Position numbers and translations under genes: made by a program | Notes under the pieces: model-generated | What the model saw: only the letters and a program-made list of their open reading frames with translations | What the model was told of the DNA's origin: nothing | Database searches by the model: none | Assembly: GCA_963695875.1 (NCBI GenBank) | Contig: CAVOID010000003.1 | Span: forward strand, 160,001-224,000 | DNA: 64,000 nt | Direction of reading: 5' to 3' | Source: an uncultured delta proteobacterium | GTDB taxonomy: Bacteria > Desulfobacterota > Syntrophia > Syntrophales > UBA2185 | Part shown: positions 22,478 to 33,960 of the stretch, piece after piece | Layout: every line of letters starts with the position of its first letter | Numbering within the stretch: position 1 is the first letter of the stretch

Positions 22478-23394
22478 AGCCAGTTGAGTCTTTCCTTGAA
22501 TTCCTCGGGGCTGATCTTGTAGTCCTGCGTTCCGTAACACTCCACAGCGAAGGAAGCGCATACGCTGCCCATCCTTGCGCACTGCTCGATGTCCATGCCC
22601 CGGACGAGCCCGCTGATCAGCCCGCCCCTGTATGAATCGCCGGCGCCTGTCGGATCCTCTACCTTCTTTGGTTTTACAACAGGAATGCTTATTTCTCCAG
22701 TTGTCGTTGATACCTGTGACCCCTGCTCACCCAGAGTTACAATGATAACCCTGGCCCGTTTAAGCAAGGCTTCTTTTTTTAACCCGGTCTTGCTCATTAT
22801 AAGATCCAACTCATAATCATTGGAGATCAGAATGTGGCAACCGTCAATGGCATCTACCAGGTCTTCGGCATCCAGCACGGGCAAAGATTGTCCGGGGTCA
22901 AAGATATAGTCAATCCCCCTGGCCTTACAGGCGCGGGGGTAATTTACCATGTCCTCGAGATTGCCGGGAGAGACGATGACAATGGTATCCGCAGGATTGA
23001 GTTTGTCGAAATCCATCGACGAAGAATATTTCATTGCACCCGGGTTGAAGCCGGTAATCTGGTTATCGGCCAGGTCTGTAGTTATGTAAGCGCAGGCCGT
23101 AAAGTCGTCTTCTATGATTTTGATGTTTTCTGTAGGAATCCCATTCTTCGTAAGCCAATCGAGGTACCTGTGATAATCATGGCCGATTGTAGCGGAGATT
23201 GTCGGCTTTTCACCCATCAGGGTGAGTGCATAGGCGATATTGCCCGCGGTACCGCCGAATTTCTCCTTCATGCCATTCACCTGGAAGCAGACATTCAAAA
23301 CATGTATCTTCCCTGGGAGAATATGGTCCGAGAAGTGTCCCGGGAAATCCATGATCCTGTCGTATGCCAGTGACCCGGAAACAATGATATTCAT
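22471..23394 (-). CDS. PfkB family carbohydrate/nucleoside kinase
   Basis: GSLAYD, GGTAGNIAY, DPGQ, DPTGAGDSYRGG. Confidence 0.9.
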   Translation of the reverse strand: MNIIVSGSLAYDRIMDFPGHFSDHILPGKIHVLNVCFQVNGMKEKFGGTAGNIAYALTLMGEKPTISATIGHDYHRYLDWLTKNGIPTENIKIIEDDFTACAYITTDLADNQITGFNPGAMKYSSSMDFDKLNPADTIVIVSPGNLEDMVNYPRACKARGIDYIFDPGQSLPVLDAEDLVDAIDGCHILISNDYELDLIMSKTGLKKEALLKRARVIIVTLGEQGSQVSTTTGEISIPVVKPKKVEDPTGAGDSYRGGLISGLVRGMDIEQCARMGSVCASFAVECYGTQDYKISPEEFKERLNWLY

Positions 23395-23408
23395 ATTAAT
23401 GAGACCTC

Positions 23409-23807
23409 TCAAATCAGTTCGAAATCATCGTCATGGAAACAACGCAGCCAGTCGTGCGCGCTGGGTTCAGTCGAGGCAAACGCGGACATCCTTGCATCAT
23501 CAATAATCTGATCATGGGTTATGATACACACCGGCCAGCCCGGATAGCCCGGCGAAACAGCACAGTTATCGTTTATACGATAGGCAAAGAATTTTTTTTC
23601 GCTGCAGGAAATCCGGTATCTTCTGTCGTGGTGCTTGATCCGGAGCGTCTGGTTGAGCCATCCTTTGCTCATAAAAACGCCGACAAATTTCTGCAAGACG
23701 TCTGTCGGATTTTTTTCTGCATGTTTTTGCAAAGGTGTGTTTCCGCCTTTCATGTTTCCCCTACTGATAATATTATAATAAAGCTGTCCAGTTTTTGCGT
23801 TTACCAT
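23409..23807 (-). CDS. Hypothetical protein
   Basis: 132-aa ORF ending just upstream of the kinase gene; start uncertain; no motif recognised. Confidence 0.5.
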   Translation of the reverse strand: MVNAKTGQLYYNIISRGNMKGGNTPLQKHAEKNPTDVLQKFVGVFMSKGWLNQTLRIKHHDRRYRISCSEKKFFAYRINDNCAVSPGYPGWPVCIITHDQIIDDARMSAFASTEPSAHDWLRCFHDDDFELI

Positions 23808-24005
23808 ACAGATTACCGGATAAAGACTTTTTTAAACTTCCTGCCAGCTGAATGTCAAGGGATATTTGGGAACTTCGGTTTCAACGCTTACATAGTTCAA
23901 TAACATGATAGCTGCTTTGATAAGAATTGTCTTAAACCTAAACTAAATTGACCCTTTCTGAAAATGGTGATAATCTTCAGCTCAAGTTATTCCTACGAAA
24001 ATAGA

Positions 24006-24125
24006 TGTCACTCTGAGCTATGTCACAGTGAACTTGTCGAACTGCGAAAAGTCATGCTTCGATCCTTCGACAAACTCAGGACAGGCTAAGAATGACAAAT
24101 ACAGTTTCATGCCGACATGGTGTCA
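24006..24125. repeat. REP-like palindromic element (TGTCA...TGACA family)
   Basis: TGTCACTCTGAGC...CTTCGACAAACTCAGG...GAATGACA plus TTTCATGCCGACATGGTGTCA; related to 47497-47552. Confidence 0.65.
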
Positions 24126-24201
24126 ATTCGGAGAGAAGGAAATCCGGAGACGTCATTCCCCACGCCGATGGGGAAATAATGGTCGGAGGCATTGTTAATA
24201 C

Positions 24202-24882
24202 ATGACGAAAAAAGATGCTCTTTTCGACGAATGGCCGGAAAAATATGATCAGTGGTTCACAACCCCAATTGGGTCCCTCGTAAAAAAATACGAATCCGAG
24301 TTGATTTCGGACCTTTTAATGCCATGTCCCGGTGAAGTGATTCTGGATGCAGGTTGCGGCACGGGAGTGTTTTCTCTCGATATAATATCCTCAGGATCAC
24401 AGGTTATAGGGCTCGATATCTCTTTACCGATGCTGCGACGGTCAAGGGAAAAGTTTGGAGGATATCCTTTCTATCCGGTCTTAGGTGATATATCGACTCC
24501 ACCCTTTCGAGAAGGTACTTTTGACAAGGTCGTTTCGATAACGGCAATTGAATTCATCAAGGACGCTAAAAAATGTGTGGCCGAGTTATTTCGTGTGACA
24601 AAAAGAGGCGGGGTCGTCGCTGTGGCGAATCTGAATAGCTTAAGCCCTTGGGCAGTGCGCAGAATAGAGAGAGCAAAAAAAGGAAAATCCATATTCCGTA
24701 ACGCAATTTTCAGATCCCCTGATGACTTGCTCTCCCTTGCACCTGTGAAAGGTGTGGTAAGGACCGCCATCCATTTTCAGAAAGACGATGTGCCTGAAAA
24801 AGCAATGGAGAAAGAGCACGAAGGCCGGATCAAGGGATGGGATACAGGTGCCTTCGCTATTGTGCGATGGTTCAAACCCTAA
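24202..24882 (+). CDS. Class I SAM-dependent methyltransferase
   Basis: ILDAGCGTG, GLDIS, FDKVVS. Confidence 0.9.
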   Translation: MTKKDALFDEWPEKYDQWFTTPIGSLVKKYESELISDLLMPCPGEVILDAGCGTGVFSLDIISSGSQVIGLDISLPMLRRSREKFGGYPFYPVLGDISTPPFREGTFDKVVSITAIEFIKDAKKCVAELFRVTKRGGVVAVANLNSLSPWAVRRIERAKKGKSIFRNAIFRSPDDLLSLAPVKGVVRTAIHFQKDDVPEKAMEKEHEGRIKGWDTGAFAIVRWFKP

Positions 24883-24957
24883 GATATAACTTATTCTTGC
24901 CGCTCCCTGTATTATTCGGAGTGACATTTTAAAAAATCAAATCAGGAGAATAAGCAA

Positions 24958-25408
24958 ATGCCAATCAGTGATGAGCATAAGGACCTTGTTAATTATCTCG
25001 AAAAGACGATTAAGATCATTGAAAAGATGGGAATGCGTATCCTGGATTTTCAAAAGCACTCCGTGAAAATTAAGCTTCCGAAAGAACCGAATATGAATCA
25101 CCTCGGTACGGTATATGCCGGGTCTCTCTTTTCCCTCGCGGATTATGCGGGAGGTGTTCTATTCTATGCCTCTTTCGATGGCAAAAAATACTATCCCCTC
25201 CTGAAGGAGGTTAACGATCGCCTTCAAGAAGCCTGCGACCACGGATATTACGGTGGAGGCATCAATGCCCCCCACACAGGCTGAACAGATTAAAAATATT
25301 ACCGACGAAACGGGGAAGGCAGATTGGGTTTTAGATCTAGAATTGAAGGACGAAAAGGGGGACATCTGCTGTATTGCACACGGCGTCTTTCAGATGAGAA
25401 AGATGTAG
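24958..25408 (+). CDS. PaaI/hotdog-fold thioesterase (frameshift near 25215)
   Basis: NMNHLGTVYAGSLFSLADYAGG. Confidence 0.8.
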
Positions 25409-25521
25409 GGCACATTATAAACCGTGCAACATTATCCGTAAAAGACCGGAAAACTGCCCAAGGCGGCCGGCCGGGTTAGCACGGTTTTCTTTATACATAG
25501 ACTTTGAAAATAGACTCCTCG

Positions 25522-25603
25522 TGTCATTGTGAGGAGCGAAGCGACGTGACAATCTTATTATTTATCAAAAGCCTAGAAGATTTTTCCCTTCGGTCGAAAT
25601 GAC
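25522..25603. repeat. REP-like palindromic element
   Basis: TGTCATTGTGAGGAGCGAAGCGACGTGACAATC...CTTCGGTCGAAATGACA with terminal inverted TGTCATT/AATGACA; lies between convergent genes. Confidence 0.65.
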
Positions 25604-25626
25604 AAAATGTAAATTTTTCAAATGAC

Positions 25627-27497
25627 TTATATCGTGAATGACTCTTCCGGCATTTCAATGGGTGTCCTGTCTCCGACTTTGATCGCTTCGCACCTGGCCT
25701 TGACGGTGGCCAAGAATATTGAGCGCAAAGAATTTAGCAGAGGCAATCTTCCCGTTATAGAAGGCAACGTCCTTGTTTTCACGGATCAGGGCCCTCTGCT
25801 TCGCCTTTGATCCTTTTGCGTCATTTTCCGTGTAGAGGGCATTCAACTTTTCATTCGCCATTGTAGCCGCCTGCATCAAGAGCGATCCGACGGCAATGTC
25901 ACCAAAAAGCTCAAGGTATGGAGTTGCATTAACGACGGGGATCAAGAAGCTTGCACCCCGGCTCAGCCGGTAAAAATGTGTTGTCAGATCGGACACTGCC
26001 TTCAGGGCCTCTTCCAGGTAGTTGCACGGTACGGTAAGATCTTCAAATCCCTTGCTCCTCGTTATGATACTATATACTTCACTATACAGGCTCATCATGA
26101 ATTCGCCTCTTCTCTGCGCCAGTTTCCTGCCGACGAGATCAAGGGCCTGAATCCCGTTTGTTCCCTCATAGATGGTTGTTATTTTGCAGTCCCTTAAATA
26201 CTGTTCAACGGGATATTCGGAACAGTAGCCGTATCCGCCGTATACATCGATGGCTTTTGAACAGACCATGCATTGCCTTATCCGAGGAATAAGCCTTACA
26301 AATCGGGATTAAGAGTTCCGCCAATCCCTGCCATTTTGCCTTATCTGTCTTGCTTTCTGAAACAGCCGCCATGTCAAAGCAGTAGGCTGTATAGTAAAGC
26401 AATGCCCTTATTCCTTCCACGTGGGCCTTCATCCAGAGAAGCGTCCTTTTGACATCGGGATGCTGGATAATAGGTACGGGCTTGGCGTCGGGGTTTTTCA
26501 TGTCCCATATGGCGACGCCCTGAATCCTTTCCTTGGCATAGGCGACCGCATGTTCATATGCCGCCGTCGCAACGCCCAGGGCCTGTATGCCGACCTCAAG
26601 CCTGGCGTCATTCATCATCTGGAACATGATCGCCATCCCGGCCCTCTCTTTTCCGAGGAGTTCTCCGATGCATTTTCCCGTCGTCACCGAAATTGAGGGT
26701 GCAGGTGGCGGAACCCTTGATCCCCATTTTGTGTTCGATATTTCCCGTACGCACGTCATTGAATTCCCCCAGGCTGCCGTCATCGTTTACCCGGTACTTG
26801 GGAACGAGAAAGATGGAGATGCCTCGTGTCCCCGCGGTGATCTCCTTCGATTCTGGCGAGAACAGGGTGAATGATGTTCGGGCAAAGGTCGTGGTCTCCG
26901 CCGGAGATAAAAATCTTAGTCCCCGTGATGCTGTATGTACCGTCGGGCAATTTTTTTGCCGTCGTTTTCAGGGCGCCTACATCGGTCCCCGCGCCCGGCT
27001 CCGTCAGACACATGGTTCCAGCCCATTCGCCGGAAAACATTTTATACATGTATTTGTTCTTCTGTTCTTCCGTTCCGAAATGTTCTATGAGTGAGGCGGC
27101 GCCGCAGGTCAGCATGGGATACATGATGAGGGGATAGTTGGCGGCCTGAAAAAGTTCAAAGCACGCAGTGGAAACACTTACCGGCATTCCCTGCCCCCCT
27201 ACATCGGGATCTTTCATGGCAGCATTGCCAGCCGGCTTCAATAAATTTCCTGTATGCATCGTGGAAACTTTTCGGTACGGAGACTTTTCCGTCTGCAAAT
27301 GTGCATCCTTCCCTGTCCCCATCCACATATGTCGGGAGGATTACTTCCAGGGCCATCTTTTCCGCTTCCGTCAGCATCATATCCACGGTTTCTTTGGAAT
27401 AATCCGCATACTTGCCACTCTTGAAAAGATTTTCCACACCAAGCTGCTCATAAAGGACAAATTGCTGATCTCTGGTGTTTACCAATAAGTTACTCAT
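25627..27497 (-). CDS. Acyl-CoA dehydrogenase (several frameshifts)
   Basis: [51 protein letters not shown] across 4 ORFs. Confidence 0.92.
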
Positions 27498-27549
27498 AAT
27501 GACCTCCTTAATAAGAATTCGTAGATGAATTGATGCTGTATATTTCAGT

Positions 27550-27590
27550 AAAAAAACAAAACCCCGCCTTCTTTTTCAGAAACGGGGTTT
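27550..27590 (-). terminator. Terminator-like hairpin in the acyl-CoA dehydrogenase leader
   Basis: Minus strand AAACCCCG...CGGGGTTTTGTTTTTT, about 50 nt upstream of the start codon. Confidence 0.6.
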
Positions 27591-27833
27591 CAACAATCAG
27601 TCCATAGTACCTTCACGTAGGGTTAAAGAACTTATGAAATTTAATCTCTGACATTACATCAGTGTTTTTGATCTATCACGATTTACAGAATAAATCTACA
27701 ATGAAAAGGAAAATCATGACTGAAGCAATTGCGACATGGCACAAAAGTTAAAAAACTGTTATAGACACCGAACTCTGTGTAGAACTATCTGAAGGTGTGT
27801 TTTCAAAATATTCAGGTAAAGGAGGAATAAAAT

Positions 27834-28320
27834 ATGAAAAAGCTGGAATGGAAGAGCTCCACCTGAAATGAAGATTGACCCAGGCAAGACATATAGGGCA
27901 GTTATTGAGACTGACAAAGGGGTAATTGAATTGGAACTTTATCCGCAACATGCACCCAAAACAGTAAACAACTTTATTTTCCTGGCGAGAGAGGGTTTCT
28001 ACGATGGCATATCTTTTCATCGGGTGATCAGCGATTTCATGATCCAGGGGGGAGATCCCACAGGCACGGGGAGGGGCGGTCCAGGCTACAGGTTTGAGGA
28101 TGAGGTGAAGGGGAATCCCTTGAAGCATGAAACAGGAGTGATCTCGATGGCAAACTCCGGACCGAACACGAACGGAAGCCAGTTCTTCATCACGCATTCC
28201 CCGCAGCCGCACCTGAACGGAAGACACACTGTATTCGGCAAAGTAGTAAGCGGCCAGGAAGTCGTCAATGCAATTCAGCAGGGCGATAAGATGCTGCATG
28301 TAAAGATACATGAGGTTTAA
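27834..28320 (+). CDS. Cyclophilin-type peptidyl-prolyl isomerase
   Basis: [55 protein letters not shown] precedes the ATG at 27834; indel near 27857. Confidence 0.93.
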
Positions 28321-28567
28321 AAAGGTCGGTAATGTGGGGAAATGATACAACTGCAGCGAAGGGGGGTGAGCTGAGACCATGAGGTAAAGTTGAGGTGGAA
28401 GTGGTAATCGTATGATTTATCAATCGCTTATAGTATTTCTCGCTTCGCTCTGATGGGGAAAATTATTGCACAGTCTCGATGTCGAAATAAAATGGAGGAA
28501 AATTCAAAATAACGTTTTCAGAGGTCATTTCATCCGCTGCTCCGGCGAAGCAATTATCCGGTAAAAT

Positions 28568-28594
28568 TAAAGTTTTAAGGCAGACAGCCGATAT
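28568..28594 (+). promoter_or_regulatory. sigma28 (FliA)-type promoter
   Basis: TAAAGTTT-N11-GCCGATAT versus consensus TAAAGTTT-N11-GCCGATAA. Confidence 0.8.
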
Positions 28595-28617
28595 ATGATC
28601 TTAGAGGGTACGGTACA

Positions 28618-29121
28618 ATGACAGGTGTCTCAGGACTGAACGCGAATATTCCGGGCAATCTCTCAAGCGGCCTTTCTAAGAAAAATTCCACAACGTCAAA
28701 TAATGCTTCTTCGATAGTTTCTGCACAACCGACTGCAGCTCAACAGCGCCAAAAAGATTCGCTTACTATGATGCTTTCTGAAATCCGGCTCTCGATGGTG
28801 CAATCTCTCTTTGATGAGGATTTTTCATTCTCCCCTCTCGAATCTCTTACCACATCGCTGTATGATTCACAGGCGACTACTGAGGCCAGTGTGTTCCAAG
28901 CTAATCCCGGTATGTCCCAGTCTATACTCAGTTCTGATTCCCTGGGGCAGGCACTGGACTCTTTGAGCCCTGCTCTGGAACTTATGAAGACTATGGAAGG
29001 GATGAATCTTTCTCCAAACAATCCCGATCAGGTACAAGCCCTCATCCAGACGTTGGAATCTAATCATGCGGAAGAGTTTGCACCCGATTCTCCCGGTTCA
29101 ATATTGGATCTGCTCGCCTGA
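28618..29121 (+). CDS. Hypothetical Ser-rich protein
   Basis: 167-aa ORF with RBS and sigma28-like promoter; ends GSILDLLA. Confidence 0.7.
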   Translation: MTGVSGLNANIPGNLSSGLSKKNSTTSNNASSIVSAQPTAAQQRQKDSLTMMLSEIRLSMVQSLFDEDFSFSPLESLTTSLYDSQATTEASVFQANPGMSQSILSSDSLGQALDSLSPALELMKTMEGMNLSPNNPDQVQALIQTLESNHAEEFAPDSPGSILDLLA

Positions 29122-29454
29122 TCCCGGATCTTATCAGCTCTATTTTAACCAAAAGTCCTGAACATCGATCGTATCAAAGGGTTTACAATTTGCTCAATGA
29201 GGTGGGCAAACATTTCTCGCTTTGCTTCCAAGAATCTCTTCCTCACCTTTAAAAATCATAGTCCTCTTTTTCAAAGCGAAACCCGAATTATCTCTTACGC
29301 CCCATAAATAAAAAATGACCGGATTTCCATGGGTACGGAGTCCCGGGGACAATAGATTCAAGTAAAATTTCTATCCATGCTCTAACACAGGCTTTCCTGA
29401 AATCAGATAATTTAGTATACTGTTCAGAACAATCCTCAGGATAAATTCTCCCCT

Positions 29455-29842
29455 ATGAAGAAGAGGCTGATACTTAACGAGATGGAGTTTGATCGGGCCG
29501 TAAGAAGGGCGATAAAGCGCATACCGTCGGGAAATACACTGTCATCTGAAAAATATTCTCATTTCCGTCCGGAAGCGCCCGTCAAAGGAAGTTCGTGAGG
29601 AAATGGGCCTTCACCGGAATACACCCCTGCTCGGCATGTACAGGGGCACATCACTCGTGGATCGTTCTGTTACCTACCCACCTATTTACCCGGATACCAT
29701 CCTTTTATTCCAGGAACCTTTGGAAAAGATATGCTGGACGATAGAAGAACTTGAAGAACAGATTGAGATTACAGTGGTGCACGAAATCGCGCATTTTCTC
29801 GGAATCAGTGAGGAAAGGCTTGCTGAACTTGGATATGGCTGA
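29455..29842 (+). CDS. Zincin-like metallopeptidase family protein (frameshift near 29530)
   Basis: LLGMYRG, PDTILLFQEP, ITVVHEIAHFLG. Confidence 0.85.
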
Positions 29843-30053
29843 CAGGAAATCATTCATCGAACTATAAGTGAAAATGTGGTAGATAGGTCACAACAAGTCA
29901 GTTCACAATATTAGTTGTTGCCGGGACAGCCTCATGTTTGAGGCGGCATAGATAAAGAGTAGAGGTCTTATAGTTCTGAAATCGGACAGCGGCATTATTA
30001 GGGAGAGACTAATTTAAGAAAAAGGAGCCAAGAAAAAAGGGAGGGAAGAAAGT

Positions 30054-31712
30054 ATGTCAGAGATTTGGAAGCCTTTAATGGAATCGGAAAAGCAAAGATA
30101 CAATACCTTGAATAAAGAAAATGTCGAATTCCTTATGAATAGGTACAACAAAGTGAACCGCTGGGTAATTGCAGATATGATCCGGCGAAGCAGCTATCAT
30201 TATCCTGATAAGAAGGCCGTGATCTTCCAAAATAAGACACTCACCTATGCCGAACTGGAAGCAGAGTGCAACAGGGTAGCAAATGCGCTGTCGGACCTCG
30301 GGGTGCGGAAGTACGATCGCGTTGCCATCCTGGCTCACAACACTATCCACCATGTTTTGACGTGGCTGGGATGTGCGAAAATAGGAGCTATCTACCTGGC
30401 GATCAATTATCTCTTAAGGGGCAAAGATATCTCCTACTGTATAAAACACTCGGAAAGTAAAGTCTTTATCGTAGAGGATAGCCTCTATGATCTGGTTAAG
30501 GATGTCATGAATGACGTGCCTACCGTAAAAACATGGATCTGGTCCAATCAGGGCGCCGGGAAACCGTCTGTGAGTAATCAGTTCAAGGATTTTGACGAAT
30601 GGTATAAAAAATATCCCGCTGAGGAACCTGATGCGGTCCTTCATATCGAGGACCCCGTGCAAATGACCTATACGAGTGGTACGGAAACGCTGCCCAAGGG
30701 CGTTATCATCAGCAATCAGGCGTTGATGGCCCAGTATATGGGAGCTATCATTGATGGGCAGTACGATGAGGATGACATTTCTGTCAATGCCCTTCCCATA
30801 TACCACTGTGCGCAGCGCGACGTATTCATGAATCCTATTTTCTGGGTTGGGGGGACCAATATTCTGATTGCTCCGGATATCAGTCTGATCCTCAAAAATA
30901 TTGCCGACTACAAGGCTACACTTTTCTTCGCACCACCAACCGTCTGGATCGGAATGCTCAGACATCCTGATTTCAACAAATACGACCTATCCAGTCTTAA
31001 AAAATGCTACTACGGCGCCTCGATCATGCCCGTTGAGGTGTTGAAAGAGCTCATAGAAAGACTACCGGGAACAAGAATTTACAACTACTACGGCCAAACT
31101 GAACTTGCCCCATACCATACGATCCTGAAGGCAAAGGACGCTTTGAAGAAGCTTGGTTCAGCCGGTATGGGAGGCTTGAACATGGAAACAAGACTTGAAG
31201 ATGATAATTATAAACCCATCGATAAGCGGGGTATTCCCGGGGAGATCTGCGGAAAGGGACCCCATGCCTTGACGATGTATTTCAAGGATCCCGAAAAGAC
31301 AGATGAGGCTATGAAGGGGGGCTGGTTCCATTCCGGAGACGTTGGGGTCATGGACGAGGATAGATATATTACCGTCGCAGATCGGAAGAAAGATATGATT
31401 AAGACCGGCGGTGAAAATGTCCCGACCCGTGAAGTGGAAGAGGCCATATACCTTGACAAAAGGGTCCAGGAGGTCGCTGTCATAGGATTACCGCATCCTA
31501 AGTGGGTCGAGGCTGTGACGGCGGTGATCGTCCCCAAGAAAGGTGAGAAGATTACGCAGGAGGAGATCATGGAACACTGTCGGAAGGAACTTGCTGCATT
31601 CAAGTGTCCCAAAGCAGTCATCTTTCTTGATGCCCTCCCCAAGACACCAACGGGGAAAATTCTTAAGAGGGAAATGCGAGCATCCTACAAAGAAATGTTT
31701 GCAGGTAAATGA
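30054..31712 (+). CDS. Acyl-CoA synthetase (AMP-forming)
   Basis: YTSGTETLPKG, YGQTE, GWFHSGD, DRKKDMIKTGGEN, TGKILK. Confidence 0.93.
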   Translation: MSEIWKPLMESEKQRYNTLNKENVEFLMNRYNKVNRWVIADMIRRSSYHYPDKKAVIFQNKTLTYAELEAECNRVANALSDLGVRKYDRVAILAHNTIHHVLTWLGCAKIGAIYLAINYLLRGKDISYCIKHSESKVFIVEDSLYDLVKDVMNDVPTVKTWIWSNQGAGKPSVSNQFKDFDEWYKKYPAEEPDAVLHIEDPVQMTYTSGTETLPKGVIISNQALMAQYMGAIIDGQYDEDDISVNALPIYHCAQRDVFMNPIFWVGGTNILIAPDISLILKNIADYKATLFFAPPTVWIGMLRHPDFNKYDLSSLKKCYYGASIMPVEVLKELIERLPGTRIYNYYGQTELAPYHTILKAKDALKKLGSAGMGGLNMETRLEDDNYKPIDKRGIPGEICGKGPHALTMYFKDPEKTDEAMKGGWFHSGDVGVMDEDRYITVADRKKDMIKTGGENVPTREVEEAIYLDKRVQEVAVIGLPHPKWVEAVTAVIVPKKGEKITQEEIMEHCRKELAAFKCPKAVIFLDALPKTPTGKILKREMRASYKEMFAGK

Positions 31713-31807
31713 TGCATGGAACAGGGGAAAACGGATTACTGTGATGAGGGCAGGTTGAGGCCTTGAATACAATCAACACAGCTTAAAGATAAAATAGGAG
31801 ACTTATC

Positions 31808-32665
31808 ATGGAAATTAAGAATGTTTGCGTCTTAGGAGCCGGTTTGATGGGAAGCGGTATAGCCCAGGTATGCGCTCAGGCAGGTTTTCAGGTAGCTATG
31901 AGGGACATTGAGCAGAAATTCATCGACGGCGGTATGAATACGATCAGAAAGAGTTTGAGCCGCGACGTGGAGAAGGGGAAAAGAACTAAGGAGAATATGG
32001 ACTCCATTTTAAGCAGGATCAAGCCGACCCTCGATCTTAAAGAGGCTGCCGGCAATGCTGACATCGTCGTAGAGGTCGTCATTGAGGTAATGGACGTCAA
32101 GAAGAAGGTTTACAGAGAACTGGAAGAGATTGTACCTGCCCACTGCCTGTTCTTTACCAACACATCCGGTCTCAGTATTACGGAGATGGCAGCTATCACT
32201 AAGCGGCCGGACCGGTTCATTGGCACCCATTTCTTCAATCCTGTGCCGGTGATGCGCCTGCTGGAGATCATCAGGGGCTATGAGACATCTGATAAGACCC
32301 TTGAGATCGCCAAAGAATGGGGGGAAAAAATTGGCAAGGAAGTCATCGTAGTCAAAGAAGCACCGGCCTTTGCGGTCAACAGGATACTCTGTATCATGCT
32401 TAACGAGGCCTTCTACGCCCTGGACGAAGCCGTCGCCAGTGCAGAGGATATAGACAAGGGCATGGTGTTGGGCTGCAATCATCCCATCGGTCCGCTAGCC
32501 CTGTCCGATCTTGTGGGGAATGATACTCTCCTCCACGTGATGGAGGGTCTGCACAGGGAATTGGGTGATAAATACCGCCCTGCTCCCTTGTTGAAGAAGC
32601 TGGTCCGGGCGGGTCGCTTCGGAAGAAAAACCGGCAAAGGAGTTTATGATTACACAAAAAAATAA
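31808..32665 (+). CDS. 3-hydroxyacyl(butyryl)-CoA dehydrogenase
   Basis: [35 protein letters not shown]. Confidence 0.93.
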   Translation: MEIKNVCVLGAGLMGSGIAQVCAQAGFQVAMRDIEQKFIDGGMNTIRKSLSRDVEKGKRTKENMDSILSRIKPTLDLKEAAGNADIVVEVVIEVMDVKKKVYRELEEIVPAHCLFFTNTSGLSITEMAAITKRPDRFIGTHFFNPVPVMRLLEIIRGYETSDKTLEIAKEWGEKIGKEVIVVKEAPAFAVNRILCIMLNEAFYALDEAVASAEDIDKGMVLGCNHPIGPLALSDLVGNDTLLHVMEGLHRELGDKYRPAPLLKKLVRAGRFGRKTGKGVYDYTKK

Positions 32666-32709
32666 GTACCAAAAATACAATAATCAGAATTTAGTTTGAG
32701 AGGAGAATT

Positions 32710-33883
32710 ATGAAGGAAGTTTTTATTGTAAGCGCTGTAAGGACACCGATCGGCAGACAGAATGGATATCTCCGAAACTGGACTGCTCCCGAACTCCTGG
32801 GTACCGTGCTGGATGAAGCCGTCCGCAGAATTGATCTCGATCCTGCAATTGTGGATGATGTCATTACGGGTACCGTGTACCAGATCGGTGAGCAGGGTTT
32901 TACCCTGGCACGCATGGGGGTATTAGCCTCAAAATTCCCGCTAACGGTACCGGGGGTATCAGTGAACCGTCAGTGCGGGAGCAGTCTCACCGCCATTCAA
33001 CTCGCCCACGGCATGGTCGCTTCGGGCACGATGGATGTGGTGATCGCGAGCGGATGCGAACTGCTGACGAAGTACGGGATGTTTTCAGATTTGAACGGCA
33101 CCCTGCATACAGGTAAGCCCATGGGGAATCCTTTCGGTAAATTTTACACGAGCAAGTACGGCATACCGGATCAGATCAAAGCGGCACAGATGATTGCAGA
33201 CAAGTGGAAAATTACACGCGACGAATGTCATGAGTTTGCCATAGCAAGCCACAGAAAGGCCCACGCGGCAACCGTCAACGGATACTTTCAAGAATGAAAT
33301 CCTGCCAATTAGGGGCGTCGATAAAGACGGCAAAGAAATCGTCAGGGATACCGATGAGCCTATCAGGCCCGAGACATCCCATGAAACGCTTTCCGCCCTC
33401 AAGGTTTTGCCGAATACCAAATGGATAACGGCCGGCATATCGAGCACCATCACAGACGGCGCATCTGTTGTGGTTCTCATGAGCGAAGAAAAAGTTAAGG
33501 AACTCAGGCTGAATCCGATGGCCCGGGTTGTCGCGAATGCCGTCGTCGGTTCCGATCCGGAGATCATGCTCACAGGGCCCATTTATGTAACGCCCAAAGT
33601 ACTGAAGAAAGCCGGCCTTTCCATGAATGATATCGATATCTTTGAAATCAACGAAGCCTTCGCACCGATACCGCTTGCCTGGGCCAAGGAACTGAAGGCG
33701 GATCAGAGTAAACTGAATGTGAACGGGGGCGCCCTTGCTCTCGGCCATCCTGTAGGCAATTCCGGCTGTCGCCTGACCGTTACGGCAGTCAATGAGCTCA
33801 TGCGCCGAAATGCCAAGTACGCGCTTATTTCACTCTGCACAGGCGGGGGAATGTCTCCGGCAACGATTCTTGAAAGAGCCTGA
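32710..33883 (+). CDS. Thiolase (frameshift near 33290)
   Basis: NRQCGSS, EINEAF, GHPVG, CTGGG. Confidence 0.92.
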
Positions 33884-33960
33884 GTAATATATTTCAAAGA
33901 GAGAAGACCTCTATTTTTTGGTATCCTTCAGTGTTTTTTCTCTGTTAAAGGAAGCCCTCT

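Noticed and set aside
27748..28380. 210-aa antisense ORF, and other long antisense ORFs (e.g. 10139-10723, 14098-14769, 58660-59517)
   Set aside because: Shadow ORFs opposite well-supported genes, with no recognisable motifs.
29125..29400. Short minus-strand ORFs
   Set aside because: Under 30 codons, no motif, ambiguous starts.
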